Of a DNA stretch of 64,000 nt, positions 43,053 to 55,340 are shown one piece after another. The translations under genes and the position numbers were made by a program. The notes under the pieces are model-generated. The model saw only the letters and a list, made by a program, of their open reading frames with translations. It ran no database searches and was not told where the DNA came from. Origin of the DNA: Octopus vulgaris (lineage: Eukaryota); assembly GCA_951406725.2 (NCBI GenBank), contig OX597820.1, positions 98,890,001-98,954,000 of the forward strand. Reading direction: 5' to 3'. Numbering within the stretch: the stretch's first letter is position 1; every line of letters begins with the position of its first letter.

Positions 43053-44275
43053 AGTTAAAAGTTATATTCAAGAAAGGAGTGCTCAGTGTTACTTTACAGA
43101 ATACTATACATATTTTATTAAAAGCTATATATTCTGACGTTTACTACAATTAGTTTCACACTATGGAACGTAACGTGAGATAATGCAATCCTGAATAACT
43201 CTAAAAAGAAAACGAGTTGTTTAAAGTTGAAATTCTTTTAATCAAAAGTCTGGTTGATTGGGTTTGAACAGAGGCTAAACAACCACAATATATAATGGTA
43301 TTAGATAGATTTGAAACCGAATAGAGCAACACGATTACTGAATAATAATTTCAAAAAAGGACAACAGACATAAGGCTTGAGGGTCGATTATATCGACCTC
43401 ATTGATAAGGAATTATTCGTTTTTATTGATTATTTATTGATTCATTATTTATTGAAAAGGCACTTATTCTAACCTTTTTTTGTTGCACTTATTCTAATCT
43501 TGCCTCGAAATGTGTTTAATTAAGTGTAATATATTTGCCAAGGATTATGTCATGCTGGTGATTCGAAAAATGAATGAAATAGCGCTATACATAGCTACGA
43601 ATGACTAAAAAATACATTTAGGATCTTTGTGATGTTTAAAAAAATATGAATATGAAAATGCATAGATTATGTATTTTCTTGATTACTGTTAAATTTAAGA
43701 TTCAAATTTCTCACCCCACCATGACTTCAAACTTTTCTAGTAGTGATTACTTCCCTTAACAACAACTACCACCAGGATCTCCAAGTGAACAAGAGAAATG
43801 ATTTTTTGGAAAAATTAATCATTATTTCAGATACTTTCCCTGAGTTTTGACGCCAGTTTACATTTAAGGGTGAACTGCTATTGAATCTCCTATCGCATGG
43901 TTTTTAGTTAAACCTGTCGATTTTTTTTTTTAGCATATGAAAAAACTTTTTGTTCTATTTTATAGTCTGATGATGAAGATAAAGAGGGGTTTTGTTTTAA
44001 TGTCAGGCAAATTTTAGCACAAGCCTAACAATATTGGGGGGCAAGGGTTAGTCGACTACATAGATCCCAGTATTCAACAGGGAATCATTTTATTCATCCC
44101 GAAAGGAAGTACTGCAAAGTCGATCTCGTCGGACAACAGAAATAATGCAAACAATTACAAGCTTTATAAGCAGAAAATCTATTAGATTATCCCACTGATA
44201 AAATTATAGATATTTACATTAAAGTTGACAATATTAAATTGATCCAATTTTTTTCTGTATTTTTCGAGTGTGGAG

Positions 44276-44730
44276 AATATTAGTTTCAAATTCTGGCGCA
44301 AGGCCAGCAATCTCGGAGAATGGGGTTAATCGATTATATAGAACTCCTTCCCCCAGTGCTCAACTCAGTACTTATTTCGACCCCGAAAGGATGAAAGGCA
44401 AAGTTGACTCCGGTGGAATTTGAACTCAGATCGCAAAGACGGACGAAATGCCGCTAAGCATTTCGCCCGGCGTTCTAACAATTCTGCCTGCTCACCGCCT
44501 TTCGGTTTGTAAGATATTTATTTCAAATCTTGAAACAAGGCCAGTAATTTCGGAGTAGGGTGTTAGTCGATTACATGAACCCCAGTGCTCAACTGGTACT
44601 TATTTTATCGACTCCGAAAGGATGAAAGGCAAAGTCGACTACGGTGGAATTTGAACTCAGAACGTGAAAACGGACGAAATGCCGTTAAGCATTTCATCCG
44701 GCGTGCTAATGATTCTGCCAGCTCGCCACT
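44276..44730 (-). mobile_element. two head-to-tail SINE family B copies (plus a fragment at 44020-44130)
   Basis: CCCAGTGCTCAACT...CCGAAAGGATGAAAGGCAAAGT.GAC...GGAATTTGAACTCAGA...TTCTGCC repeated with ~238-bp period. Confidence 0.88.
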
Positions 44731-45074
44731 TTTCAGTCTACCAAGTATTAACAGAATAAATTAATTCCAAATTCGAAATACAGAAATTTATTCCGACGAA
44801 GAGGATAAATATGAAAAAAATTTAAAGTGAGTCTTGCACTACATTCGTTCACACACGAATATCATTTATTTTTCTTATAACAGACTCCAAGTTTCTCTAT
44901 ATAAATTATGAAAACACATTTGCTTAAAATACAATGATCATGACAAAACAAATCTACGAAACAATATCAACGATTTTTTTTTAATGAAAATCAACAGAAG
45001 AAAACCAATTTACAGATCAAACATTCAAGTCAGAGAATTTAAAACAGTTTTTAATTCTCTTAATGTAGAAAGGT

Positions 45075-45188
45075 TCTTATTCTATCGGTCTCTTTTTGCC
45101 GAACGGCTAAGTGACGGGGACATAAACACACCAGCATCGGTTGTCAAGCAATGCTAGGGGGACAAACGCAGACACACAAACATACACG

Positions 45189-45228
<40 letters not shown>

Positions 45229-45761
45229 CATATAATATATTAATAAATAAAATAAAACATATGCATATATATAAACATATATGTACGTACCTACCTCTAC
45301 ATGTACATATACACGCATATATGAGTACAGGACACCAAAAGGACGTCGAACACAATGAGAAACGAAAACATAGACACAAACCAAAGGAACTGGACATTTT
45401 TTTAAAAACAGCAAAAAAATAGAGTACAGGACAAATAACACAAAGAAAAAACCCCTTCTTCAGTCGCTAAAGGTTTCATCTACTCTACGTTTCGAAAGAT
45501 AAAAGTGAAACGTATCTTCGACAAGAAACTTTCCTTCCTGCGAAAAGCAAATCAATTAAAATTCTGAGATCTTTTCTATATATATATATACATATATACG
45601 ACAGGCTTCTTTCAGTTTCCGTCTACCAAATCCACTCACAAGGCTTTGGTCGGCCCGAGGCTATAGTAGAAGACATTTGCCCAAGGTGCCACGCAGTGGG
45701 ACTGAAGCCGGAACCATGTAGTTGGTAAACAAGCTACTTACCACACAGCCACTCCGGCGCC
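45075..45761 (-). mobile_element. SINE family A interrupted by a PLE-type fragment (45235-45575)
   Basis: SINE 3' part at 45075-45190 and 5' part at 45595-45761 flank an insert sitting in the SINE's internal (TA)n. Confidence 0.85.
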
Positions 45762-45936
45762 TACACAGCCAAACCATTCTAGAGACGACAATTTCATGTT
45801 TGAAGAAGACTTAACTACAGCTCTTTTAGACTAGCAACATTTTAGACGTTTTCTTGCTGGATTACTTGTTGAAGTTAGCGCTGGTTATGATTATGTCTAT
45901 AAGAAATTTGTCAATTTTTAGTGTTAACATTTTAAA

Positions 45937-45973
<37 letters not shown>

Positions 45974-46328
45974 TGCGTGCCTGCCTGTGTGTGTGTGTTT
46001 TCAAAACCCGTGGGTCTATTCATTGTTACTAATATAATGGATAATAGCGCTTCCTCACATTTTTTAAGATGTAAACACATTGAACCACTGCTAAACAAAC
46101 TGATGAGAACGTTTGCAAAAATATGTGTTTACAATAAAAGGCATATAGTGAACGTTCTCTTTTATCTTGAATGCGATTCTATTGTTGCGAAATCTCATAA
46201 TAATAAAAAGAAACCCATAATATTTCTTTGTTTCATAAAAATTTTCTTGGAAGAAAATATCTTCTAAGTGGAGCTCTATGAAACGAGACTGTGTTTTACA
46301 AACAACGATGAAGATGATGATGATGATG

Positions 46329-46392
<64 letters not shown>

Positions 46393-46408
46393 TAATAATA
46401 ATAATAAT

Positions 46409-46453
<45 letters not shown>

Positions 46454-46462
46454 TCTTTCTAC

Positions 46463-46650
46463 TATAGGCACAAGGCCTGAAGTCTTTGGGGAGGTGGCTA
46501 ACTAATTACATCGATCCCAGTGCTCAACCGACATTTATTTTGTTGACCCTGAACGCATCAAAAGTAAACTTGGCCTTGGCGGAACTTGAACTCGGAACAT
46601 GATAAAGAATCGGAAAAATAACAAAAGCCATTTTACTCGAAGCTCTAATG
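46463..46650 (-). mobile_element. diverged SINE family B copy
   Basis: ATTACATCGATCCCAGTGCTCAAC...GGCGGAACTTGAACTC. Confidence 0.6.
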
Positions 46651-46740
46651 ACTCTAAGAATTCAATAATAAAAATATTCATCATCATCATCATATTCATC
46701 ATCATTATCATCATCACTATCATCATCATCATCGCTATTA

Positions 46741-46808
<68 letters not shown>

Positions 46809-46811
<3 letters not shown>

Positions 46812-47185
46812 TAGTTTTATTTTTATAGCGTGCTTTCACTTCACTACCGAGCGCAGCTCTGTGTGCCTTGGGTATGTGCTGTGATTTGTTCTGATGCTCT
46901 GATGGTTATTGTATGGAAAGTGTTCTGCGTAGGATGTGTGCAGTGCCTAGTAGTGCAATTTTCTGTATGTTATATGTGTTTGTAAGTCCTGGTGTTTTTG
47001 TTATGTATTTGTCTGAATATTTTTTTATCATGCCTAATGCACCTACTATGATAGGAATTGTTTCTGTTTTCAGGTTCCACATTCTAGTTATCTCTATTTC
47101 CAGGTCTTTGTATTTTGAGAGTTTCTCCATTTCTTTTAGAGACACGTTGTCATCTGCCGGTATTGATACATCAATTAGAAAGCAT

Positions 47186-47197
<12 letters not shown>
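46809..47197 (-). mobile_element. 5'-truncated Dong/R4-type non-LTR retrotransposon (restriction-like endonuclease C-terminus plus 3' UTR) in (TAA)n
   Basis: CFLIDVSIPADDNVSLKEMEKLSKYKDL...IPIIVGALG...IQKIALLGTAHILRRTL*; (TAA)n on both flanks. Confidence 0.85.
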
Positions 47198-47259
<62 letters not shown>

Positions 47260-47261
47260 CA

Positions 47262-47328
<67 letters not shown>

Positions 47329-47389
47329 AAACATTAGAATAATAGTAGGGGGCGGGGAAGGCGCAGGAGCAGGAGTAGGAGCAGGAGCA

Positions 47390-47588
47390 GGAAGAAGAAG
47401 AAGAAGAAGATGATGATGATGATGATGATGAAGAAGAAGATGATGATGATGAAGAAGAAGAAGAAGAAGAAGAAGAAGAAGAAGAAAAAGAAAAAGAAAA
47501 AGAAGAAGAAGAAGAAGAAGAAGAAGAAGAAGAAGAAGAAGAAGAAGAAGAAGAAGAAGAAGAAGAAGAAGAAGAAGAAGAAGAAGAA
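47390..47588 (+). repeat. (GAA)n/(GAT)n array
   Basis: Direct reading. Confidence 0.95.
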
Positions 47589-47848
47589 GGCATATGTGCT
47601 AAATCATGTGTAAATCAATTATTAACACATTAACACATTTGTAGCCCCAGACCTAACATATGGTTGTGACGTATAGGACTGAACCGTAACAGGCGTAAAC
47701 ACTATAAAACGCAGCATTGGGAATCTTATGAACAACAAAGAACATCATAAATTACACAATCATTTTAGCATTCAACAGCTGGGTTGTTTGGGTGGATAAG
47801 GATTTCTCCTCGTCACCATTTTGCAACGAGTTCGAACCCAACAACGCC

Positions 47849-47889
<41 letters not shown>

Positions 47890-48538
47890 CAAGATAAGCA
47901 ACAAGGATATCCAGAGGTAATGCTGTACGATCGTTTCATGCAATTCCATTTAATTGAACAATGCAATCATTACATTAATTTAAAATGCAGAGCAATCTTC
48001 AGCTGCACAAAGACATAGAATTTAAATAAATTAGAACAGATGTACACATTAGTATAATTATACCTAAAATCTCCAAGAAGTTAGGGAGATAGACAAAGAA
48101 CATACTGTCTCACTCCAGTTTAGAAAATACTGAATTTTCCAAGAAGATATACATTGTTACAGATTCTGCCTGTCACTGATTTTTTTTTATGGGGTCAGTT
48201 TTAATATATAGACAAGTTTGTCTTCGCCGATTGTTTACTTTGTACGTCCACTATATAGTTATTTGAACCTCTAACTCCACACAAATTTTATAGTTTTAAA
48301 ATTTCTGGATGTTGCTGTTTTATGAAGGTTTCCTATCTTGTCGTTCAAAGCTCGAAATACGAAGTAATTAACAGCTGACAACTGAGGAGGAGTTAAACTT
48401 CTTTTGGTATTTTGTCCCGTACTTGTCTCTCATTATGTGTTTACGCATTTTTCACTCGTTGGTGATGTCCTGCACTTGATGTATTTTATATTTATTTATA
48501 TATATACGTTTGTGTGGGCGTGCGTGCGTTAGCGTATG

Positions 48539-48588
<50 letters not shown>

Positions 48589-48591
48589 GCC

Positions 48592-48651
<60 letters not shown>

Positions 48652-49333
48652 CATATTTCTCCAGCGTTCGCTATTTTACCCTCGTTCTGGTCTAACGAAT
48701 CTCCACTGTCCTTTTTTTTTTTACCCTCTATAAATCCCAAATTTTATTTTGGTATTTGTGGGACCAACTGCCTTCCAAGACTCATATTGTCCTTCAATGC
48801 TGAAAATGAGGAGTAGATAGGCAGCTGACAACTGATGAAGGGTCATTGTCTATGTTACTTTCCTCTTTTCCATTTGTTTCTCTTGTAGTTTGCGTATTCA
48901 ACTGATTTGTTTTCGTAATTCATGTTGTTTACAGTTTGTGACGTCCTGTACCCATATATGCATATATACATGTATATATATATATATTCTTTTACTTGTT
49001 CAGACTGCGGCCATGCAGGTGCACCACCTTTAGTCAAAAAAATCGGCCCCAGGACTTATTCTTTGTAAGCTTAGTACTTAATCTATCGGTAGTAAGCTCT
49101 TTATTAAAGGCGAAAATTTTTCACAAACTGTAACTCAGTTTCACGTTACCGTTGATTAACAGTTGTGATCATACTAAAACAAAAATTACGATGGCACATG
49201 TAATACACTATGATATGATGTAATACAGTTCAACAAATAAACAATTAAATTTGATTGGGTGATATATGCCTATAAAGTCCAAAGTAGTGGTTAAACAACA
49301 AGTAATAGCCATTGCTCAATGATCTACATATAA

Positions 49334-49486
49334 ACAGACTCTAAAGAAGATGACCTTAACCGACATGACACTAACATAGATGACCTTCATCTGGGTGATA
49401 CTAGTGTAGATGAATTTGACCTGGATGACGGAAGTAGAGATGAGCCTGACTTGGATGATTATAGTGCAGAGAACTGGACTGGTTGA
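49334..49486 (+). other. degenerate 15/30-bp tandem repeat encoding acidic pentapeptides; candidate coding exon
   Basis: DSKE-DDLNR-HDTNI-DDLHL-GDTSV-DEFDL-DDGSR-DEPDL-DDYSA-ENWTG*. Open frame between TAA at 49331 and TGA at 49484; weak acceptor AAACAG ending at 49337. Confidence 0.35.
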
Positions 49487-49735
49487 CCCAATTCAGAGTG
49501 ACAACAGTAGAAAAATTAGCCGAATTGAGATCTACGGAAAGGCTCTCGTGCCGATCACGTCTTCGTGGTCTCTCGACTTGCCAGAAAAGCAGTCAACTTT
49601 TTTTCAGATCACATCCTGTCATCTTAAATAATGAAAGTTTAAAGCTTTAATTTTTTTAATACAATTTCTTATGTAGGCAAAAGGCCTGAAACTTCGAGTG
49701 CAGGAATGGCAGATTTCACCAGTTCCAATATTTGA

Positions 49736-50114
49736 CTCTCTTACTCTTTTACTCTTTTACTTGTTTCAGTCATTTGACTGCGGCCATGCTGGAGCACCAC
49801 CTTTAGTCGAGCAACTCGACCCCGGAACTTATTCTTTGTAAGCCCAGTACTTATACTATCGGTCTCTTTTGCCGAACCGCTAAGTTACGGGGACATAAAC
49901 ACACCCGCATCGGTTGTCAAGCATATATATACATATATATACATACATATATACGACGGGCTTCTTTTCAGTTTCCGTCTACCAAATCCACTCACAAGGC
50001 TTTGGTCGGCCCGAGGCTATAGTAGAAGACACTTGCCCAAGGTACCACGCAGTGGGACTGAACCCGGAACCATGTGGTTGGTTAGCAAGCTACTTACCAC
50101 ACAGCCACTCCTGC
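49736..50114 (-). mobile_element. SINE family A, near full length, young-looking
   Basis: Very close to the copies at 25477 and 32851. Confidence 0.92.
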
Positions 50115-50167
50115 TAAGATTAGCAAAGAAAGTTAAACTTTCACGCATAATTTTAGCAAACAAAGTA

Positions 50168-50551
50168 GGAAGCACTCCGTCGGTTACGACGATGAGGGTT
50201 CCGGTTGATCCGAATCAACGGAACAGCCTGCTCGTGAAATTAACGTGTAAGTGGCTGAGCACTCCACAGACACGTGTACCCTTAACGTAGTTCTTGGGGA
50301 TATTCAGCGTGACACAGAGAGTGACAAGGCCGGCCCTTTGAAATACAGGTACAACAGAAACAGGAAGTAAGAGTGAGAGAAAGTTGAGGTGAAAGAGTAC
50401 AGCAGGGATCACCACCATCCCTGCCGGAGCCTCGTGGAGCTTTTAGGTGTTTTCGCTCAATAAACACTCACAACGCCCGGTCTGGGAATCGAAACCGCGA
50501 TCCTATGACCGCGAGTCCGCTGCCCTAACCACTGGGCCATTGCGCCTCCAC
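50168..50551 (-). mobile_element. SINE family C, full length with tRNA-derived head
   Basis: Minus strand: GTGGAGGCGCAA-TGGCCCAGTGG (A box)...GGTTTCGATTCC (B box). The body matches 191-452. Confidence 0.92.
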
Positions 50552-50881
50552 CGGTATATTATTTTTTAGATATTCCGAAAGACAGAAGCAAGCGAAGTTT
50601 ATATCTTTTAACTACTTCAGCCATTGGATTTCGACCAAGCTAACTTCAAGGGATTGCTTGCATAAATACTGATAGAGCAGTATATATAGGATAAAACCCT
50701 TTAAGAGCAGAAAAATTTGTCTGCAACCAGTCATGAGGGTTGCAGACAAATATACTAAAAAGACGGAGTGGGCAAGGCTGGGAAGTGCATGATCATAGGT
50801 CTGCTCGATTATAATAAGAAGAAAATATGGAACATTTACAGTATATGGGTTCATAAAATTAAAAGTAGAAATCTAGAAATC

Positions 50882-51079
50882 TTTAATACAATTTCTTATG
50901 TAGGCAAAAGGCCTGAAACTTCGAGTGCAGGAATGGCAGATTTCACCAGTTCCAATATTTGACTGGTATATTATTTTTTAGATATTCCGAAAGACAGAAG
51001 CAAGCGAAGTTTATATCTTTTAACTACTTCAGCCATTGGATTTCGACCAAGCTAACTTCAAGGGATTGCTTGCATAAAT
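50882..51079 (+). repeat. ~198-bp local duplication; the other copy (49655-49737 plus 50553-50667) is split by SINEs
   Basis: Apparently identical sequence on both sides of the insertion point TTTGACT|GGTATATT. Confidence 0.9.
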
Positions 51080-51462
51080 CTACCCCAGGACTTATTTTTC
51101 TAAATTTGGTAAATATTCTACCGGTTTCTTTTTGCATAACCACTGAATTACGAGGACGTAAACAAACCAACACCAGTTAACAAGCTGTGAACAAAACCCA
51201 CCCTACACATACATATATACACACACATTTCTATATGCATACACACACGCACACAGACGTAAATATATATTCTTGCTCTATTAAAGCATTTGAGTAAAAT
51301 TATATTAATATGTCCAACTGATCAAAAAATTTTATTTATTTATTTATGCAACTGAGGATAGCATTGCATTTAAATTGATGTAATAATTGCATTGTTCAAT
51401 TAAATGGAGCCGCTTGAAACGGTCGTACTACATCACCTCTTGATATCCTGTTGCTTATTTTG

Positions 51463-51509
<47 letters not shown>

Positions 51510-51511
<2 letters not shown>

Positions 51512-52018
51512 GCGCTGTCATGGCAGTGTGGTAAGAAACTTGCTTCCCGACCACATACTCCAGTTTAGTTCCAATGCATAGCACCTTGGGCAAGTATCTA
51601 CTATAGCCTCGGGCCGCGCAAAGGTTTATGAGTGGATTTGGTAGACGAAAACTTAAAAGAAGCCAGTCGTATGTGCGTTTATGTGTGTGTGTATATGAGT
51701 GTGTGTGCCTGTGTGCGTGCGTGCGTGCGTGCGTGTGTGCGTGCGTGCGTGTGTGCGTGTGTGCGTGTGTATGTGTGTGTATTTATGTGTGTGTGTCTTT
51801 GTGTCAGTGTTTGTCCCCATCACCATCGCTTGACAACCGATGTTGGGGTGTTTACGTCCCCGTAACCTAGTGGTTCAGCAAAAGAGGTCAATAAAATAAG
51901 TACTAGGCTTAAAAAGAATAAGTCCCGGGGTTCGATTTCTTCTTCTGAAAAACAGACTTTTAGGGCAGTGCTCCAGCATGGCCGCAGTCAAATGACTGAA
52001 ACCAGAAAAAAGAATAAA
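51510..52018 (+). mobile_element. SINE family A, full length, diverged; inverted fragment follows at 52042-52150
   Basis: Family A motifs in order. Confidence 0.85.
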
Positions 52019-52969
52019 ATAATATATACACTTCTAGTTTCTTTCAGTTTCTGTCTAACAAATCAACTCTCAAGGCTGTGGTCGGTCCGGTAGATATAGC
52101 AGAAGACACTTGCTCAAGGTGCCACGCAGAGGAACTGGGCCGGGAGTCATAGCGTTCGAAAGGAGATAAAGAGACGGAATAAACGATACAAGGTATGTTT
52201 TCTAGCGCCCTTAATAATTCTGTCAATCCTCTATGCCCGAATTCCTATATTCTAGATAGCAAATATCGCCTCAGGAGGTTGTTTTTTCAAACAATATACC
52301 AAATATAGATTCGAACCCGCCTGACACAGTTACCAAATACTTTTAAGCTATGATTTACACGCTAACTGATATACCCAACGGGCAGATACGTTTCAATTAG
52401 AGACACTTGAAAAGTTATCCAAATATTAAGAACTAGAGATAGAAATATTGAAAATATAGGGCATGTAAACAAGAAAAGTGCCCGTAATAATAGAGCTGCT
52501 AAATGGGTTAGAAAATGGAATTCCCTATAACGGAGAATCTCTCACAAGCAGTATATATTCTCATAAATTCCCAGATAACTCTTTCTACTTAATGTGCGGC
52601 TATATAAAGGAATCTCTCTACAAATGCTAAAACCAGATATGTTCATGCAGATCCGTGCATCAGTGAAAGTATGAAAAGAATTGCCTATCACAAACACGCG
52701 CGAAATCGCACACGCACAAGCACACATACACATACGCTCAAACACGCGTGCACGGACACACGCACAGACACACGCACACACATACACACGCACAGGGGCG
52801 TTCACATACATACACATACAGACGAAGACATATATATATATATATATACACATATAGACACATAAATAGATAGATAGATAGATATACAGATATGCAAATA
52901 TTTATATGTATATATATTTACATATGTGTGTATGTAAATATGTGTGTGTATATATATATATATTAATTG

Positions 52970-53475
52970 TATGGGTAAGACAACAAAAGAATGAAAACAA
53001 CCTCGATATTATGTAAATAGAGACATTTATCTGTAATATAATATGTGACAATTATTCGGTTGCCATAATAAAACTCCGAGTTTCCAATGTCGGGGAGAAA
53101 ACCTGCACCGGCATCTCTTCAGTTATCGAGGTCATCAAAATATGCTATGAAAATGGCCGTTAAACAAATGGTAATTACTATGTAATTGACCGTTAATAAG
53201 ACAAAAGCGCTATTAGAATGACCGTTGAATAAGGAAAAAAAACGGAGGAAGTAAAAAGTAAGGAAGTAAAAATGCTCATAGCAATCGCGTATGCGCGCAA
53301 GTACATACATATGCATGCGGGTACGCACACCCACGTACATGTGCTTATATGCATATGCTCACTCACACTCGCCTGAGTTTCGGATGTCGAGGTGGAAACC
53401 TGCACCGGTATCTCTTCAGTTATCGAGGCAATCAAACAATCAAAATATGCTATTGAAAATGACCGTTAAACACAC
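52970..53475 (-). mobile_element. tandem hammerhead-bearing unit (PLE repeat or retrozyme-like), cores 297 nt apart
   Basis: Minus-strand ATAA-CTGAAGA-GATGCCGG...CCGACAT-TG-GAAA-CTC-g-GAG-TT-TTAT at ~53068-53126. Second copy CTGAAGA-GATACCG...TCGACATC-C-GAAACTCAG at ~53373-53423. Confidence 0.65.
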
Positions 53476-53488
53476 ACATTTACATATA

Positions 53489-53690
53489 CTGGGTTGGCAA
53501 GAAAGTAATTTCGTTTTTCGCAAATAGCTACAATTTTTTTAATGACTTTTGTCAATGTTGCGATTTTTTTCCTTTTGACATTTCATAGCCGTTACTTTTA
53601 GCATACTTTAGAAGCAAGTTGCGCATAATTTTGTTTACAGGTGTTAATTCAGTGTCAATTTTAACATGGAGTACAAAATGAACATGTACA
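53489..53690 (+). mobile_element. mariner 5' end fragment
   Basis: TA|CTGGGTTGGCAAGAAAGTAATTTCGTTTTT TIR-like start, with ATGGAG candidate start codon ~180 bp downstream. Confidence 0.6.
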
Positions 53691-53710
53691 CGTATACATA
53701 TCCACACCCA

Positions 53711-53773
<63 letters not shown>

Positions 53774-53999
53774 ACATACCCATACGCGCACAGTTATATT
53801 CATATATACGTCTAAAAATACGTACATGCTATATGCTCACTCACATTCGCGTGGAATCATCTGAGTTATTTCACTAGCGAGTGCTCAACATATAACCGGT
53901 GCTCTGTATTTATGTATATACGAATTAAACAATCGGGAAAAAATGCACCTCAAATTTATCGCATAACGAAAATATGGAACATTTATTACAAATCATAGT

Positions 54000-54335
54000 G
54001 AAAGCGCATGTCTCAGTGCTTAGAGCGCCGGGTTCACAAACATGAGGTTGTGAGTTCGATTCCCGGACCGGGCTGTGTGTTGTGTTCTTGAGCAAGACAA
54101 TTTATTTCCCGTTACTCCAGTTCATTCAGCTGTAGAAATGAGTTTCAACGTCACTGGTGCCAAGCTGTATCGGCCTTTGCCTTTCCATTGAACAACATCA
54201 GTGGCGTGGAGTGGGGAGGCTGTTATGCATGGGCAACTGCTGGTCTTCCATAAACGACCTTACCTGGAGTTGTGCCTCGGAGAGGAAATTTCTTGGTGCA
54301 ATCCTAATGTCATTCTTTACTGAAGGAAGTCTTTA
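54000..54335 (+). mobile_element. SINE family D (tRNA head, CORE/V-like body)
   Basis: TGTCTCAGTGCTTAG A-box-like, GAGTTCGATTCCC B box, GTGTTCTTGAGCAAGACA...CTCCAGTTCATTCAGCTGTAGAAATGAG. Confidence 0.85.
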
Positions 54336-54789
54336 CTATCACAAATCACTGCTTTGCAGTACGCCCTGAGATATTGCCTGTATCTTTGAACTGCATTCGA
54401 TAGTGAGACTCTGGTTCGGGAGTTCCAGGCTTTTGAAGAGTTTGGAACCACCTCTTAGTCACTACTGTTCCCAGCTCAAAACAGTAGCACATGTCAAGAT
54501 TCTTAGGTCAGCGTAGTAGCACATGTCAGGGTCCCACTAATGGATTAACATATTAGGGCTTGTCTACCTATGCATGCGAAAACTGGATGCGGCGGGCTCT
54601 GCAGAAGAAACATTCATAGTTAAACAGGGGGCAAGGCGGCTGCGGCAACACATTGTGGAGTGCAGGGAGTGTATGTATGTAAGTATGCATACACTTGTAC
54701 GTATATATATATGAATATACATATATGCATATACATATGTATAATAAGCATATATAAAAATACACACATGCATACATATATCTATATCT

Positions 54790-54942
<153 letters not shown>

Positions 54943-54944
54943 TA

Positions 54945-55287
54945 TCAATATCTATAAATCTGAAATGAGAAAGTGTTTGTTTGTCTGGTTTTTGCATTGG
55001 AACGGGTTAAAGGGCACTAAATCCCGTCGGATTGACTCCAAAATTTACAGGGACATGTAAAATGAGGTGAGGATGTGAGTGGGCTAGGTTAGAAATCTTA
55101 AAAGGTGTCGTTACTAGGGCAAAAAACGCACACTTTGTCAAGTCTCCTCTCATTCTCTTATCTGCCTGTTTTCCTCCGCCTCTCTCAGTTTCCTCTCTTC
55201 CCATCACTTTCTCTCCATAACGACGTTTAACAGCTACTACTATATTTCCCCCGCCGCCTTCGCCATCGCCGTCACATTTCCTCCACC

Positions 55288-55340
<53 letters not shown>

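Noticed and set aside
50475-50551. tRNA-like sequence (also 54000-54075 and 57765-57840)
   Set aside because: A and B boxes are present but the cloverleaf stems do not pair, and the sequence continues into a multi-copy SINE body.
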